Assembly (NCBI GenBank): GCA_937988745.1
Contig: CALKAR010000207.1
Location: 3,394 to 67,393 of the forward strand
Direction of reading: 5' to 3'
DNA length: 64,000 nt
Source of the DNA: an uncultured Peptococcaceae bacterium
GTDB taxonomy: Bacteria; Bacillota; Limnochordia; Darwinibacteriales; Darwinibacteriaceae
Shown piece after piece: positions 49,747 to 57,892 of this stretch. Position 1 is the first letter of the stretch. Each line of letters starts with the position of its first letter. The notes below the pieces were generated by a model. That model had not been told where the DNA came from. It searched no databases and worked only from the letters and a program-made list of their open reading frames with translations. Both the position numbers and the translations under genes were made by a program.

Positions 49747-50532
49747 ATGCGTAAAGGTCTATTCTACTTCATAGGTTGGACATATGTGGTGTTAGGCACA
49801 CCCCTATTACTAATAGCTCTGCTTATACGCAGGCTTGGCCGTGCAGAACTAAGCGCCAGCATTACACAGAAGTATATGTCCTGCTTGGCTTCGCTTCTGC
49901 TTAGGCTTGCCGGTGCAAAGGTGACCGTGGAAGGCAAAGAAAATCTTCCCGATGATCTTCCCGTCGTGTTTATAAGCAGCCATCAAGGGCACTTTGACAG
50001 CGCTGTTATTCTTGCTAACATCAAAGTGCCGATGAGCTTTGTGGCTACTACAAATGCTTCGAAGTTCCCTATTATCAGCCGGTGGTTTGACTTAGGATAC
50101 ACCGTTTATATGGAACGCGGGAATATGCGCCAAAACTATGAAGCCATCAAACAGGCAGAAGAAGTAATTAAGAACGGTAGAAGCATGGTGATTTATCCTG
50201 AGGGCATCATCAGCAATGGCCCCGAGATAGGCGAATTTAAACGGGGCAGCTTCAGACTCGCAACAAATACCGGAGCAGCTATTGTGCCACTGGCCATTGA
50301 TGGTTCCTGGCAGATCATGGGCACGGAGAACAACACAATTCAACCAGCTGATATCGTTATGCGGATCCTTCCGCCTGTCCCAACCAAAGGGCTCTCTCGC
50401 CAAGAAATCCAAGAACTCCATCAGCAGGTTTTTGAGCTGATTAAGGCCAATCTCGCCGAGATACAAGCTGACGGACAGCGCTTCCGCAGCTTTTCGAGCA
50501 ACCACAACCAGCGTCACACAATCTCAAGTTGA
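49747..50532 (+). CDS. plsC: 1-acyl-sn-glycerol-3-phosphate acyltransferase (LPLAT family)
   Basis: It has an N-terminal TM, the HX4D motif SSHQGHFD, and YPEGIIS. The start was moved to ATG 49747 after GGAGG. Confidence 0.8.
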   Translation: MRKGLFYFIGWTYVVLGTPLLLIALLIRRLGRAELSASITQKYMSCLASLLLRLAGAKVTVEGKENLPDDLPVVFISSHQGHFDSAVILANIKVPMSFVATTNASKFPIISRWFDLGYTVYMERGNMRQNYEAIKQAEEVIKNGRSMVIYPEGIISNGPEIGEFKRGSFRLATNTGAAIVPLAIDGSWQIMGTENNTIQPADIVMRILPPVPTKGLSRQEIQELHQQVFELIKANLAEIQADGQRFRSFSSNHNQRHTISS

Positions 50533-50547
50533 GACTTAGAAAACGAT

Positions 50548-50586
50548 CAAGCGTCTGGCACCAAAGTGCCGGGCGCTTGTTTTTTG
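50548..50586 (+). terminator. Intrinsic terminator after plsC
   Basis: A 14-bp stem spans 50548-50561 and 50566-50579 (two G-U pairs) with a CAAA loop. TTTTTT follows. Confidence 0.8.
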
Positions 50587-50596
50587 CCAAGGAAAG

Positions 50597-50626
50597 AAAA
50601 AACCCACCACCTTGTTTGGTGATGGG
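50597..50626 (-). terminator. Intrinsic terminator after the double FMN_bind gene
   Basis: On the minus strand CCCATCACC-AAACAA-GGTGGTGGG is followed by TTTTTT. Confidence 0.75.
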
Positions 50627-50640
50627 CTGACTTGTACTTT

Positions 50641-51225
50641 TTAGAGACCGAGAGCATCGTTTACAGCAGCGATAATACCTTTGCTGGTGCCGGTTGCACC
50701 ACTGACTGTATCGACATCGGTGGATTGAGCAGCGATAATGGCTTCAGGAATAGCCTCATATGCTGCATCAGAAAGGACAGGAGTCTCGTCTTGGCTGACG
50801 ATGGTGATGCTTGCAATCTTACCGTCTTTAACTTCTACCTCAACAACGATCTCGCTCTTGAAGCCCTGGCCTTTGCCGGTGTATGTACCATCTTGGAAAC
50901 CAAGAGCGTTCTGAACCGCAGCAATGATAGCCTTGCTGGTTACGGTAGCACCAGACACGGAGTCGACTGTCAAGCTCTGCTCAGCAATGATGCTTTCCCG
51001 AACGGTCAGACCATGGTCAAACAAACCAGGAGTCTCACTGTGCTCCACAACTTCAATTGCGCTGATCTTACCATCAACCACAACCACTTCTACTGTGAGA
51101 GGACCATTGTGGCCGTCAGCGGTTCCTGTGTAAGTTCCATCGTTCCATGCCAGAACACCGATGGACAGAACGCTGATGATGGCGAGGGACAGCACTGTTA
51201 CAACAAGTGCTCTAAACTTCTTCAT
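50641..51225 (-). CDS. Secreted or anchored protein with two tandem FMN_bind domains (PplA-like flavin carrier)
   Basis: The signal/anchor is MKKFRALVVTVLSLAIISVLSIGVLA. Two repeats of about 85 aa each start with DGTYTG and end in a flavinylation motif: DSVSGATVTSKAI and DTVSGATGTSKGI. Confidence 0.75.
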   Translation of the reverse strand: MKKFRALVVTVLSLAIISVLSIGVLAWNDGTYTGTADGHNGPLTVEVVVVDGKISAIEVVEHSETPGLFDHGLTVRESIIAEQSLTVDSVSGATVTSKAIIAAVQNALGFQDGTYTGKGQGFKSEIVVEVEVKDGKIASITIVSQDETPVLSDAAYEAIPEAIIAAQSTDVDTVSGATGTSKGIIAAVNDALGL

Positions 51226-51268
51226 CTCATCACCTCATCAAATTTTTTGTGAATAAGAGCATAACCAC

Positions 51269-51297
51269 AGTTTACATGCCTTACCTTATCTTGTCAA
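51269..51297 (-). promoter_or_regulatory. Candidate promoter TTGACA-17-TAAACT for the double FMN_bind gene
   Basis: The -35 is the reverse complement of 51292-51297. The -10 is the reverse complement of 51269-51274. The spacer is exactly 17 nt. Confidence 0.5.
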
Positions 51298-51488
51298 GAA
51301 GTTCGACTGATAAATAACAATCAATTTCCGCGGTTTCTCGGCACGAGTTTATCAGCCATACGATTTTCGCACACAAGGCACCTTTTCAAGCCGCGCATGC
51401 CACTGATAGTAGTTTAACACAGTTGATTCATCAAACTCCTTTGATTCAAGGGTCTTGGCGGAGATATATGTGTTAATTTATATGTGAA

Positions 51489-51504
51489 AGTGATTGCAAT
51501 CACG
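51489..51504. promoter_or_regulatory. CRP/FNR-like box aGTGATTGCAATCACg (perfect 14-bp palindrome) upstream of the flavoprotein reductase gene
   Basis: GTGATTGCAATCAC at 51490-51503 fits TGTGA-N6-TCACA. It shares 12 of 14 positions with the box at 46047-46060. Confidence 0.4.
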
Positions 51505-51614
51505 CGTATATTGATATTTTTTTGTCAATCAGCAGGGTTCGACAACGAGTCCATAGAAATACGTGAAGGCCTAGGCAAAAAAATGGAATTACAGCAAAAT
51601 CAGGAGGTTTGTAA

Positions 51615-53042
51615 GTGAAGCACAATTTGAAGAGCATCGTAACAGCAGTTGTCGCACTACTAGTCTTATCCGGATTTGCTGCAGCAGCTGAAGTCTGGAG
51701 TACTGACATTGTAATTGTTGGCGGAGGAGCCGCGGGTCTTTCTGCAGCCGTTGAGGCGAGTCAAGCAGGGGCCGACGTTATGCTCTTTGAAAAACTCCCC
51801 ATCGTAGGCGGTTCTACCATGGTTTCCGGCGGAGGTATGAGTGGTGCCGGTCACAGATTCCAGCTTGCGGCTGGTATCACCAATGACAGCCCTGAGATTC
51901 ATCTGCAAGATATGCTCCGCGAAGGATACTACGAAAACGATCTAAGATTGGCGAAGCGGTTTACCGAAAACGCTGGCGCAGCCATTGACTGGCTTGCTGA
52001 CCTGGGATGTCAGTTTGAATTCCAGCCCAATTACCAAGAACACACTATACAGAGATTTGTCCGGTCTCATCCATATCCAGGTACCGGAATTGCCATTATC
52101 CAAACCTTAGAGAAGGCTGCCAAGGAAGCTGGAGCTAAAATCTATACCAATCATCTTGTAACTGAGCTCATTACCGATACTTCCGGTGCAGTCATCGGCG
52201 TTCAAGTTACCAAAAAAGACGGCAGCACCTTAAACGTTCTTGCTGATAGAGTGATTTTAGCAACCGGTGGGTTTGTGGGCAACGATGAGCTGCTCCACAA
52301 GTTTGCACCTGATATCATGGCTATGAATCCTAAAGTCGCTGGTGACACAAGACTCCAAGGTGAGGGCTTCTACCTTGCCCAAAAAGTCGGAGCATCTCTC
52401 CAAAACATGCACCACATCAAAGTCTATCCAACAGGATCGACAACAAAATCTGGTAAAGATGTTTACACCCGATTCTACGTAGCTTGCCTAGAAGGTGGTA
52501 TTCTTGTAAACAGAGAAGGTAAGCGTTTTGTAGACGAAAAAGCGGCCTTTGCCAGAGTTTATGACGAACTGGTTAAACAAACCGACGGCCGCATGTTCGT
52601 TATCTTTGACAGCAAGCAAGCCGAACGTGTTCTCCAAGCTGATACTCCCTTTATCCTAGGCTGGAGCAACGAACAAGTGGCAAAGGATATGGAAGAGAAC
52701 ACCCTAATCGGCCGCTTTGATGCAGTTTCCGACCTGGCAGCTGCTTACAATATTGATGCTGACGCATTAGCAGAAACCATTGCCAACTCGGAACTCTCCG
52801 AAGCGCCATTTTACGCTGTTGAAATCGGACCTAACATGATGTTCACTCTTGGTGGCATTCGCATCGATGATGATGCTCGGGTCCTTGATGTAAACGGTCA
52901 AGTTATTCCTGGCCTTTACGCTGCTGGTGAAGTTGCTGGAGCTGGACACGGCGGCAACTACATGAGCGGAAACTACGTAGCTTACGCTGTCGTATTTGGA
53001 CGGATCGCTGGTATTAATGCCGCAAATGACATCTTAAACTAA
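51615..53042 (+). CDS. Secreted FAD-dependent reductase of the flavocytochrome-c / fumarate-urocanate reductase family (FAD_binding_2)
   Basis: The signal peptide is MKHNLKSIVTAVVALLVLSGFAAAAEV. Motifs are DIVIVGGGAAGLSAA and, at the C-terminus, GLYAAGEVAGAGHGGNYMSGN. The start is GTG 51615, 7 nt after CAGGAGG. Confidence 0.8.
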   Translation: MKHNLKSIVTAVVALLVLSGFAAAAEVWSTDIVIVGGGAAGLSAAVEASQAGADVMLFEKLPIVGGSTMVSGGGMSGAGHRFQLAAGITNDSPEIHLQDMLREGYYENDLRLAKRFTENAGAAIDWLADLGCQFEFQPNYQEHTIQRFVRSHPYPGTGIAIIQTLEKAAKEAGAKIYTNHLVTELITDTSGAVIGVQVTKKDGSTLNVLADRVILATGGFVGNDELLHKFAPDIMAMNPKVAGDTRLQGEGFYLAQKVGASLQNMHHIKVYPTGSTTKSGKDVYTRFYVACLEGGILVNREGKRFVDEKAAFARVYDELVKQTDGRMFVIFDSKQAERVLQADTPFILGWSNEQVAKDMEENTLIGRFDAVSDLAAAYNIDADALAETIANSELSEAPFYAVEIGPNMMFTLGGIRIDDDARVLDVNGQVIPGLYAAGEVAGAGHGGNYMSGNYVAYAVVFGRIAGINAANDILN

Positions 53043-53051
53043 TCTTACATT

Positions 53052-53086
53052 GAAGAGACTGCATCGTGCAGTCTCTTCGCTTTTTT
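53052..53086 (+). terminator. Intrinsic terminator after the flavoprotein reductase gene
   Basis: A 12-bp perfect stem pairs GAAGAGACTGCA with TGCAGTCTCTTC around a TCG loop. GCTTTTTT follows. Confidence 0.85.
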
Positions 53087-53163
53087 GAAAGCAGGGTTGC
53101 AGTGGCTGATGGTGAAGTATGTAGATGACTTCATGACTTATTTTGTGCAAAGGATGGATGTGA

Positions 53164-53910
53164 TTGACTGCACGTTATCGTGTACTAGCTCTTGATCTCG
53201 ATGGAACAACACTGCTTCCCGATGGAACCATTGCCCCCGAAACAAAACACTGGATAGATAAGGCTGCCCAAGCAGGAGTGTTGGTGATATGCGCCACTGG
53301 GCGAGGCCGGCCAAATGCAGAGTCGATCTGGATGGAACTCTGCCCTAACTCACCTGCTGTGCTGGCTAACGGCGCAGACATCTGGCTTAACCTCGATACC
53401 CCGTTGGAACGCCGCTACATGAAAGCGGAGTATGTTTTTAAATTATATGAACTGGCACAAGAGGTCGGTGGCTTCTACTGGGCCTACAGCGCCAATGGTT
53501 CAATCCAGGACGGAGATGATATCTTCCAGCACGAACCTGGTGAAGGCTGGTTTAAGTTTGGAATCCATCATCCCGATCCTGCTGTCATCACGCATGTTTG
53601 GAATACGGCCTCGGCTTGGAAAGAAATCACCGTAACAAGCTCCCACCCATCGAACGTGGAAGTGTCCGCGCATGGAGTATCGAAAAAATCAGGTGTAGAA
53701 CGAATCTGTCAGGAGTTTGGTTGGTCTCTAGATGAAGTGATGGCTGTCGGTGACAGTCACAATGATTTGGAACTGCTCACAGCCGCAGGCTTAGGAGTTG
53801 CAGTAGCTAACGCGACCAAAGAAGTACAAAAAGCTGCAGATAAACTCACCAAATCGAATGCGGAAAATGGCGTGGCTTATGCCATTCAGCATTTTCTGCT
53901 ACAAAATTAG
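53164..53910 (+). CDS. Cof-type HAD-IIB family phosphatase
   Basis: Motifs are LALDLDGTTL, ATGR and GDSHNDLELL. The start is TTG 53164 after AAGGATGG. Confidence 0.8.
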   Translation: MTARYRVLALDLDGTTLLPDGTIAPETKHWIDKAAQAGVLVICATGRGRPNAESIWMELCPNSPAVLANGADIWLNLDTPLERRYMKAEYVFKLYELAQEVGGFYWAYSANGSIQDGDDIFQHEPGEGWFKFGIHHPDPAVITHVWNTASAWKEITVTSSHPSNVEVSAHGVSKKSGVERICQEFGWSLDEVMAVGDSHNDLELLTAAGLGVAVANATKEVQKAADKLTKSNAENGVAYAIQHFLLQN

Positions 53911-53998
53911 CTGAGTTCAAGGAAAACGTTGGTACATCAAGAATATATAATACGGCACATGCCTAAAATTCAACCTTCAAGAAGGGATGGATGTTTTT

Positions 53999-55141
53999 AT
54001 GAAGCGCTTTTTTCCCACGCTGGTGCTAGCCCTGGTCTTCTGTCTAGCATTAGGGGCACTAGCTGGGGCACAGGATGCTGTCGTCATTGAAGGAAACATT
54101 GCAGAAGTAGACAAGTATGGCAACGTCACACTCGATCTGAAAACTCAAGTGCTTCTGGATGCAGGCTTGGAGTTTGGAGACATGCTAACCGTTACAGTAG
54201 ACGGACATGAATTCGAAGCTCCATTTGTAACTGCTTACAGCGATGTCGATGTAGGAACCGAACTGGTAAGAGCTCCAGGCGGCGATGGTGAAAGAAACAT
54301 CATTGTCGCAATCAACATGGGGAACTTCTCGGAGACCTACAGCGCTGATGCAGGTGACTCCATCACTCTTACCCTGCTTGAAAAAGGTGCCTACCTCAAC
54401 GAATGGCTCATCCGCCAGCTCGTACGGACCAACGAACGGGAAGACTACGCGAGCGATGCAATCTTCGCTAACTTCCGCAATGTAGCAGTGGGCAATATGG
54501 GAGCCGGTACTTACTTCCGAAGCAGCAGCCCAGTGAACAACGAATTGTGTCGTGCGCCTTATGCCGATGCACTGGCCAAAGAAGCAGGTATCCGCACCGT
54601 GATCAACCTTGCAGACTCTGCTGAGGAGCTGGAAAGCTACTTCGCCCAAGACGATTTCAATTCTCCTTATTACAAAGAACTTTATGAGCAGGGCAGGGTT
54701 GTCTTCTTAAACATGGGTGTTGACTACCGCTCTGACGATTTCAAGGCGAAACTGAAGACTGGACTCGAATTTCTCATCGCTAACGAAGGTCCATACCTCA
54801 TCCACTGCAACGAAGGTAAAGACCGAGCTGGATTCGTCTCTGGCCTTCTCGAAGCTTTAGTAGGTGCAACTGTCACCGAAATCAAGGAAGATTACATGCA
54901 GACCTACATCAACTACTACGGTGTTGAGTATGGTTCTGACCAGTACGAAAAGATCGCCGAAAGCAACATTCTGGAAGCTCTGCGGGAAATCGCCGGACTG
55001 CCCAAGGGTGCGGACCTCACTGGCGTAGACCTTGAGACAGCAGCCGAAAACTATCTGATGGGCATCGGCCTCTCGGCAGAACAGGTCCAGCTTCTAAAAG
55101 AAAGACTCACAACTAACACAGCAGTTTCTGACGCTGCTTAA
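53999..55141 (+). CDS. Secreted protein-tyrosine-phosphatase-like enzyme (CX5R) with an N-terminal beta-barrel domain
   Basis: The signal peptide is MKRFFPTLVLALVFCLALGALAGAQD. The C-terminal half has the P-loop HCNEGKDRAG. The start may instead be ATG 53987, as in the track. Confidence 0.65.
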   Translation: MKRFFPTLVLALVFCLALGALAGAQDAVVIEGNIAEVDKYGNVTLDLKTQVLLDAGLEFGDMLTVTVDGHEFEAPFVTAYSDVDVGTELVRAPGGDGERNIIVAINMGNFSETYSADAGDSITLTLLEKGAYLNEWLIRQLVRTNEREDYASDAIFANFRNVAVGNMGAGTYFRSSSPVNNELCRAPYADALAKEAGIRTVINLADSAEELESYFAQDDFNSPYYKELYEQGRVVFLNMGVDYRSDDFKAKLKTGLEFLIANEGPYLIHCNEGKDRAGFVSGLLEALVGATVTEIKEDYMQTYINYYGVEYGSDQYEKIAESNILEALREIAGLPKGADLTGVDLETAAENYLMGIGLSAEQVQLLKERLTTNTAVSDAA

Positions 55142-55163
55142 AAACAAACGCACAGCAACAAAC

Positions 55164-55193
55164 AAGAGGCTGTTCACTAATGAACAGCCTCTT
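55164..55193. terminator. Hairpin between convergent phosphatase and NYN genes
   Basis: A 13-bp perfect stem pairs AAGAGGCTGTTCA with TGAACAGCCTCTT around a CTAA loop. On the minus strand a T-rich tail, TTGTTTGTTGCTGTGCGTTTGTTTT, follows. Confidence 0.7.
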
Positions 55194-55252
55194 GACGCGT
55201 CTTCTCTCTTCGGTAAGTGCGCCCCGTTGGGATTTATTCCGATACCGGTCTG

Positions 55253-55969
55253 TTATTGCCTCAACCAACTCTTAACTTGCTCATGGTCATAATTAATACG
55301 CAACCTTCTTACCTTTTTCCCTTCGATATCCTCCACTACCTGCCAGAGGCAGCCCTCTTTAAGCAGTTCCTTGAGTGCCTGCGCCACTTCGTCGCGAGGC
55401 GCTTGAGTATAAACCCGGAGGGTGGAGCCAAAGGTCAATATCTTACCCATCGAATCACCGCTCTGCATAAAGCGGATTAATGATTGATAATCGAACTCTG
55501 CAATTGCTTCAGAACCATCAAGCGTCCGTACCTCAGCAGTACGCAGTTTAGACGAAATTGTTCCATCCACACCAACGATCACAACGGTCTTTCCGTGGCG
55601 GATGCGCAGGCGGTTTACAAGTTCACTAAAATGCCCATCACCTGAACCAAGCACATAAGTAGTCACCGAATCATCATCGATCAAAGTCTGATAGATGTGG
55701 TTCAGCATGTTGAAATCCGTAAACTCTTTAAACTTGCCATTTCGTTCAACAGAAGGTTCGCTGATGATATCAAATGTGTTAGCCTTAAAGCGATTCTCAT
55801 ATTCCTTAAGCCCGGGATTCGTAAAGTCACCAAAACACTTATAATATTTGACAGTGCCATACTCATTGGCAATCTCTACTAGTTTTCCGGGGTCAAGCTT
55901 TGCACGAAACCTGTTAAGATAGCCATACACTAAATTTTCGGCGTCAACAAATAGACCCACAACTGACAT
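55253..55969 (-). CDS. NYN/LabA-like (DUF88) domain protein with a C-terminal extension of about 85 aa
   Basis: The sequence is VGLFVDAENL....L........L.......G.V.....FGDF.....K........F......VLGSGDGHF..LV..L...GK.VVIVG. The start was moved to ATG 55969, 7 nt after GAGAGGAG. Confidence 0.65.
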   Translation of the reverse strand: MSVVGLFVDAENLVYGYLNRFRAKLDPGKLVEIANEYGTVKYYKCFGDFTNPGLKEYENRFKANTFDIISEPSVERNGKFKEFTDFNMLNHIYQTLIDDDSVTTYVLGSGDGHFSELVNRLRIRHGKTVVIVGVDGTISSKLRTAEVRTLDGSEAIAEFDYQSLIRFMQSGDSMGKILTFGSTLRVYTQAPRDEVAQALKELLKEGCLWQVVEDIEGKKVRRLRINYDHEQVKSWLRQ

Positions 55970-56077
55970 TGCCGATCTCCTCTCGGAGGCTGACACTTAC
56001 CTGTTCTAAAATTTTTCTGAGTACCGGTATCGTTTCAAGTTTATCAGATATTCATTGAAAAAGATAGACCAAAGATA

Positions 56078-56103
56078 AATCCCAGGCCGATTACCCTGGG
56101 ATT
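56078..56103 (-). terminator. Weak hairpin terminator overlapping the 3' end of the DUF4382 gene
   Basis: On the minus strand AATCCCAGG-N8-CCTGGGATT is followed by TATCTTTGG. The stop codon lies in the loop. Confidence 0.4.
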
Positions 56104-56945
56104 TCTTTGCTCCACAAATTAGAACCTGGTTCCACAATAATCTTTTCGGCCTCCAGCTCCCAATGGAATTGATCCTTATATCTAACAAATGCTGATACCT
56201 CGTATGTGCCGGGTAGGAGGCGTTCGAGAGAAAATTCCAAGATACCGTTTTCAAAAACCAGTTCGGCGAAGGGCCGTGCGACACCATTTCGTCTCACGGA
56301 GAAACCAACTGTTAGATCACCAAGCACTCCATCGAGTTCTTCCAGTATGAATCTGGGCAGCTCAAGGCGGAAATCCAGCGATCCGAGCAAGTCACCATCT
56401 AATATCTTCAGCACCTGCGCCGGGTTCACAATAAACCCATTTTCACCCCGGGCGACAAACTGAGCCGCGTTGATATCAAAGATGAGCTCCACAACTGTAT
56501 CAGCCTGAACGACTATATCCACGTTCTTTACCTGCAGCTTGCCGCTGGGTACTTTCAGCACTGCCTCGGTGCCATCCCTGAGCACAACATAGTTCGCTCC
56601 AGCATCCTCGTTTAGGACTAAGCGAAATTCACTGTAACGGCCGGCAGGAATGGACTTTTCAACGAGTAATTGAGCCTGTGCTTGCAGATCGAACAAATTG
56701 ACCTTGGCACCGCCGCTTAGTTTTGCGATTACTTCCCAGTGCCCATCACGCTTGGCTTCGATCCGATTAATCGTCACCCAAATCTCGTCAATCTGCGAGA
56801 CGTCAGCCTCGGCACTCAAGGGCATCAAGCCATGAGTATCAGCCATGTACAAGCCTACCGTAGCCGTTGGTGATCCGCCTGTTCCTCCAAGGCAGCCTGT
56901 GAAGAGAAAGGCAGCTAGGAACAGAGCTATCCATTTAAGCTTCAC
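56091..56945 (-). CDS. DUF4382-family lipoprotein
   Basis: The lipobox is LFTGC, within MKLKWIALFLAAFLFTGCLGG. The DUF4382-like pattern is VGLYMAD...IDEIWVTINRIEAKRDGHWEVI......VNLFDLQ...LLVEKSIPAGRYSEFRLVL.....VVLRDG....LKVPSG. The start is GTG 56945, 8 nt after GGGGAG. Confidence 0.65.
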   Translation of the reverse strand: MKLKWIALFLAAFLFTGCLGGTGGSPTATVGLYMADTHGLMPLSAEADVSQIDEIWVTINRIEAKRDGHWEVIAKLSGGAKVNLFDLQAQAQLLVEKSIPAGRYSEFRLVLNEDAGANYVVLRDGTEAVLKVPSGKLQVKNVDIVVQADTVVELIFDINAAQFVARGENGFIVNPAQVLKILDGDLLGSLDFRLELPRFILEELDGVLGDLTVGFSVRRNGVARPFAELVFENGILEFSLERLLPGTYEVSAFVRYKDQFHWELEAEKIIVEPGSNLWSKEIPG

Positions 56946-57043
56946 AACATACACTCCCCGCATTGTAAGATACCCTACAATATACGGTGGGAGACGGTGA
57001 AACATTAGAGCAGGTAAACAGAACAATAAGTGTTACTTTTTTC

Positions 57044-57193
57044 CTATTTGGTCTTAGGACCCGATGCTGCTACCGCCAATTCCTCCAATACCTCGAGCTG
57101 TTGTTCCAGTTTCTTCTGCTGGACGTGCACGTAGCCTGTATACCCTAGAAGCAGCAGCCATACAATGCTGTATCCGACTACAAAGTAGACCAT
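57044..57193 (-). CDS. ccmD: CcmD-like small membrane protein (49 aa), absent from the ORF track
   Basis: My translation is MVYFVVGYSIVWLLLLGYTGYVHVQQKKLEQQLEVLEELAVAASGPKTK. It is one TM helix plus a charged coiled tail. ATG 57193 lies 6 nt after GGGGAG, and the gene sits directly downstream of ccmC. Confidence 0.65.
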   Translation of the reverse strand: MVYFVVGYSIVWLLLLGYTGYVHVQQKKLEQQLEVLEELAVAASGPKTK

Positions 57194-57218
57194 ACTGTTC
57201 TCCCCTTTTGCACTGAGC

Positions 57219-57890
57219 TTAATAGACCAGATTTTCCTTTAGCGCTTCTATCCTCTTTCGCAGGCGCAGTACGCGCAGCCGCATTCCCATCAGATATGCG
57301 TACAGTGCTGAGAAAGTAATAATGCTAGCAAATAAAGCGGTTTTCATCCTAGGATCCAGATTCATTCCCTCGCTAGTTACGACAACAGGATGGATCGAGC
57401 GCCACCATCTCGCAGAATAAAAAACCAGCGGCACATTAACAAAAGCGATAATCCCATAAACGGCTGCAAACCGCCGCCTACTGTCTGACACTCCCCCGCC
57501 CTGCAGTGCGATATATGCCACATACATAAACCACAGAACAAGAGTGGTCGTAAGCCGTGGATCCCAAGTCCACCAGGTATTCCAAATCGGATAGGCCCAG
57601 ATAGGCCCTGTCAGAAGTGTGCAGCTTATAAACACTACGCCGATCTCTGCTGAAGCAACCGCCACTTGGTTTACTTCTTCGCTGCGGCGCCACAAGAAGA
57701 GAATGCTGCAGATGAACACCACCACAAATGCGAGCATCCCTATCCATGCGGAACCAACATGGAAATAGAATACCTTCTGCACCACGCCCATAGTGCGTTC
57801 GATAGGCGCGTAGATACCTATGATGTAAATATTAGCTAGAATCAATCCAGCAAGAACAAGAAAACCAACATTTCTCCGATCAAATTCCAT
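57219..57890 (-). CDS. ccmC: Haem exporter / haem-handling protein CcmC
   Basis: Motifs are FYFHVGSAW (His), the WWD motif WNTWWTWDPRLT, and the second His in ARWWRSIHP. Confidence 0.9.
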   Translation of the reverse strand: MEFDRRNVGFLVLAGLILANIYIIGIYAPIERTMGVVQKVFYFHVGSAWIGMLAFVVVFICSILFLWRRSEEVNQVAVASAEIGVVFISCTLLTGPIWAYPIWNTWWTWDPRLTTTLVLWFMYVAYIALQGGGVSDSRRRFAAVYGIIAFVNVPLVFYSARWWRSIHPVVVTSEGMNLDPRMKTALFASIITFSALYAYLMGMRLRVLRLRKRIEALKENLVY

Positions 57891-57892
57891 GT

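Noticed and set aside
50632-51252. Track ORF of 206 aa on the plus strand, opposite the double FMN_bind gene.
   Set aside because: It is the mirror frame of a gene with a clear signal peptide, repeats and flavinylation motifs. The plus-frame product has no features and would run through a minus-strand terminator.
56006-56287. Track ORF of 93 aa on the minus strand, overlapping the 3' end of the DUF4382 gene.
   Set aside because: It is out of frame with the supported lipoprotein gene, crosses its terminator, and has no RBS.
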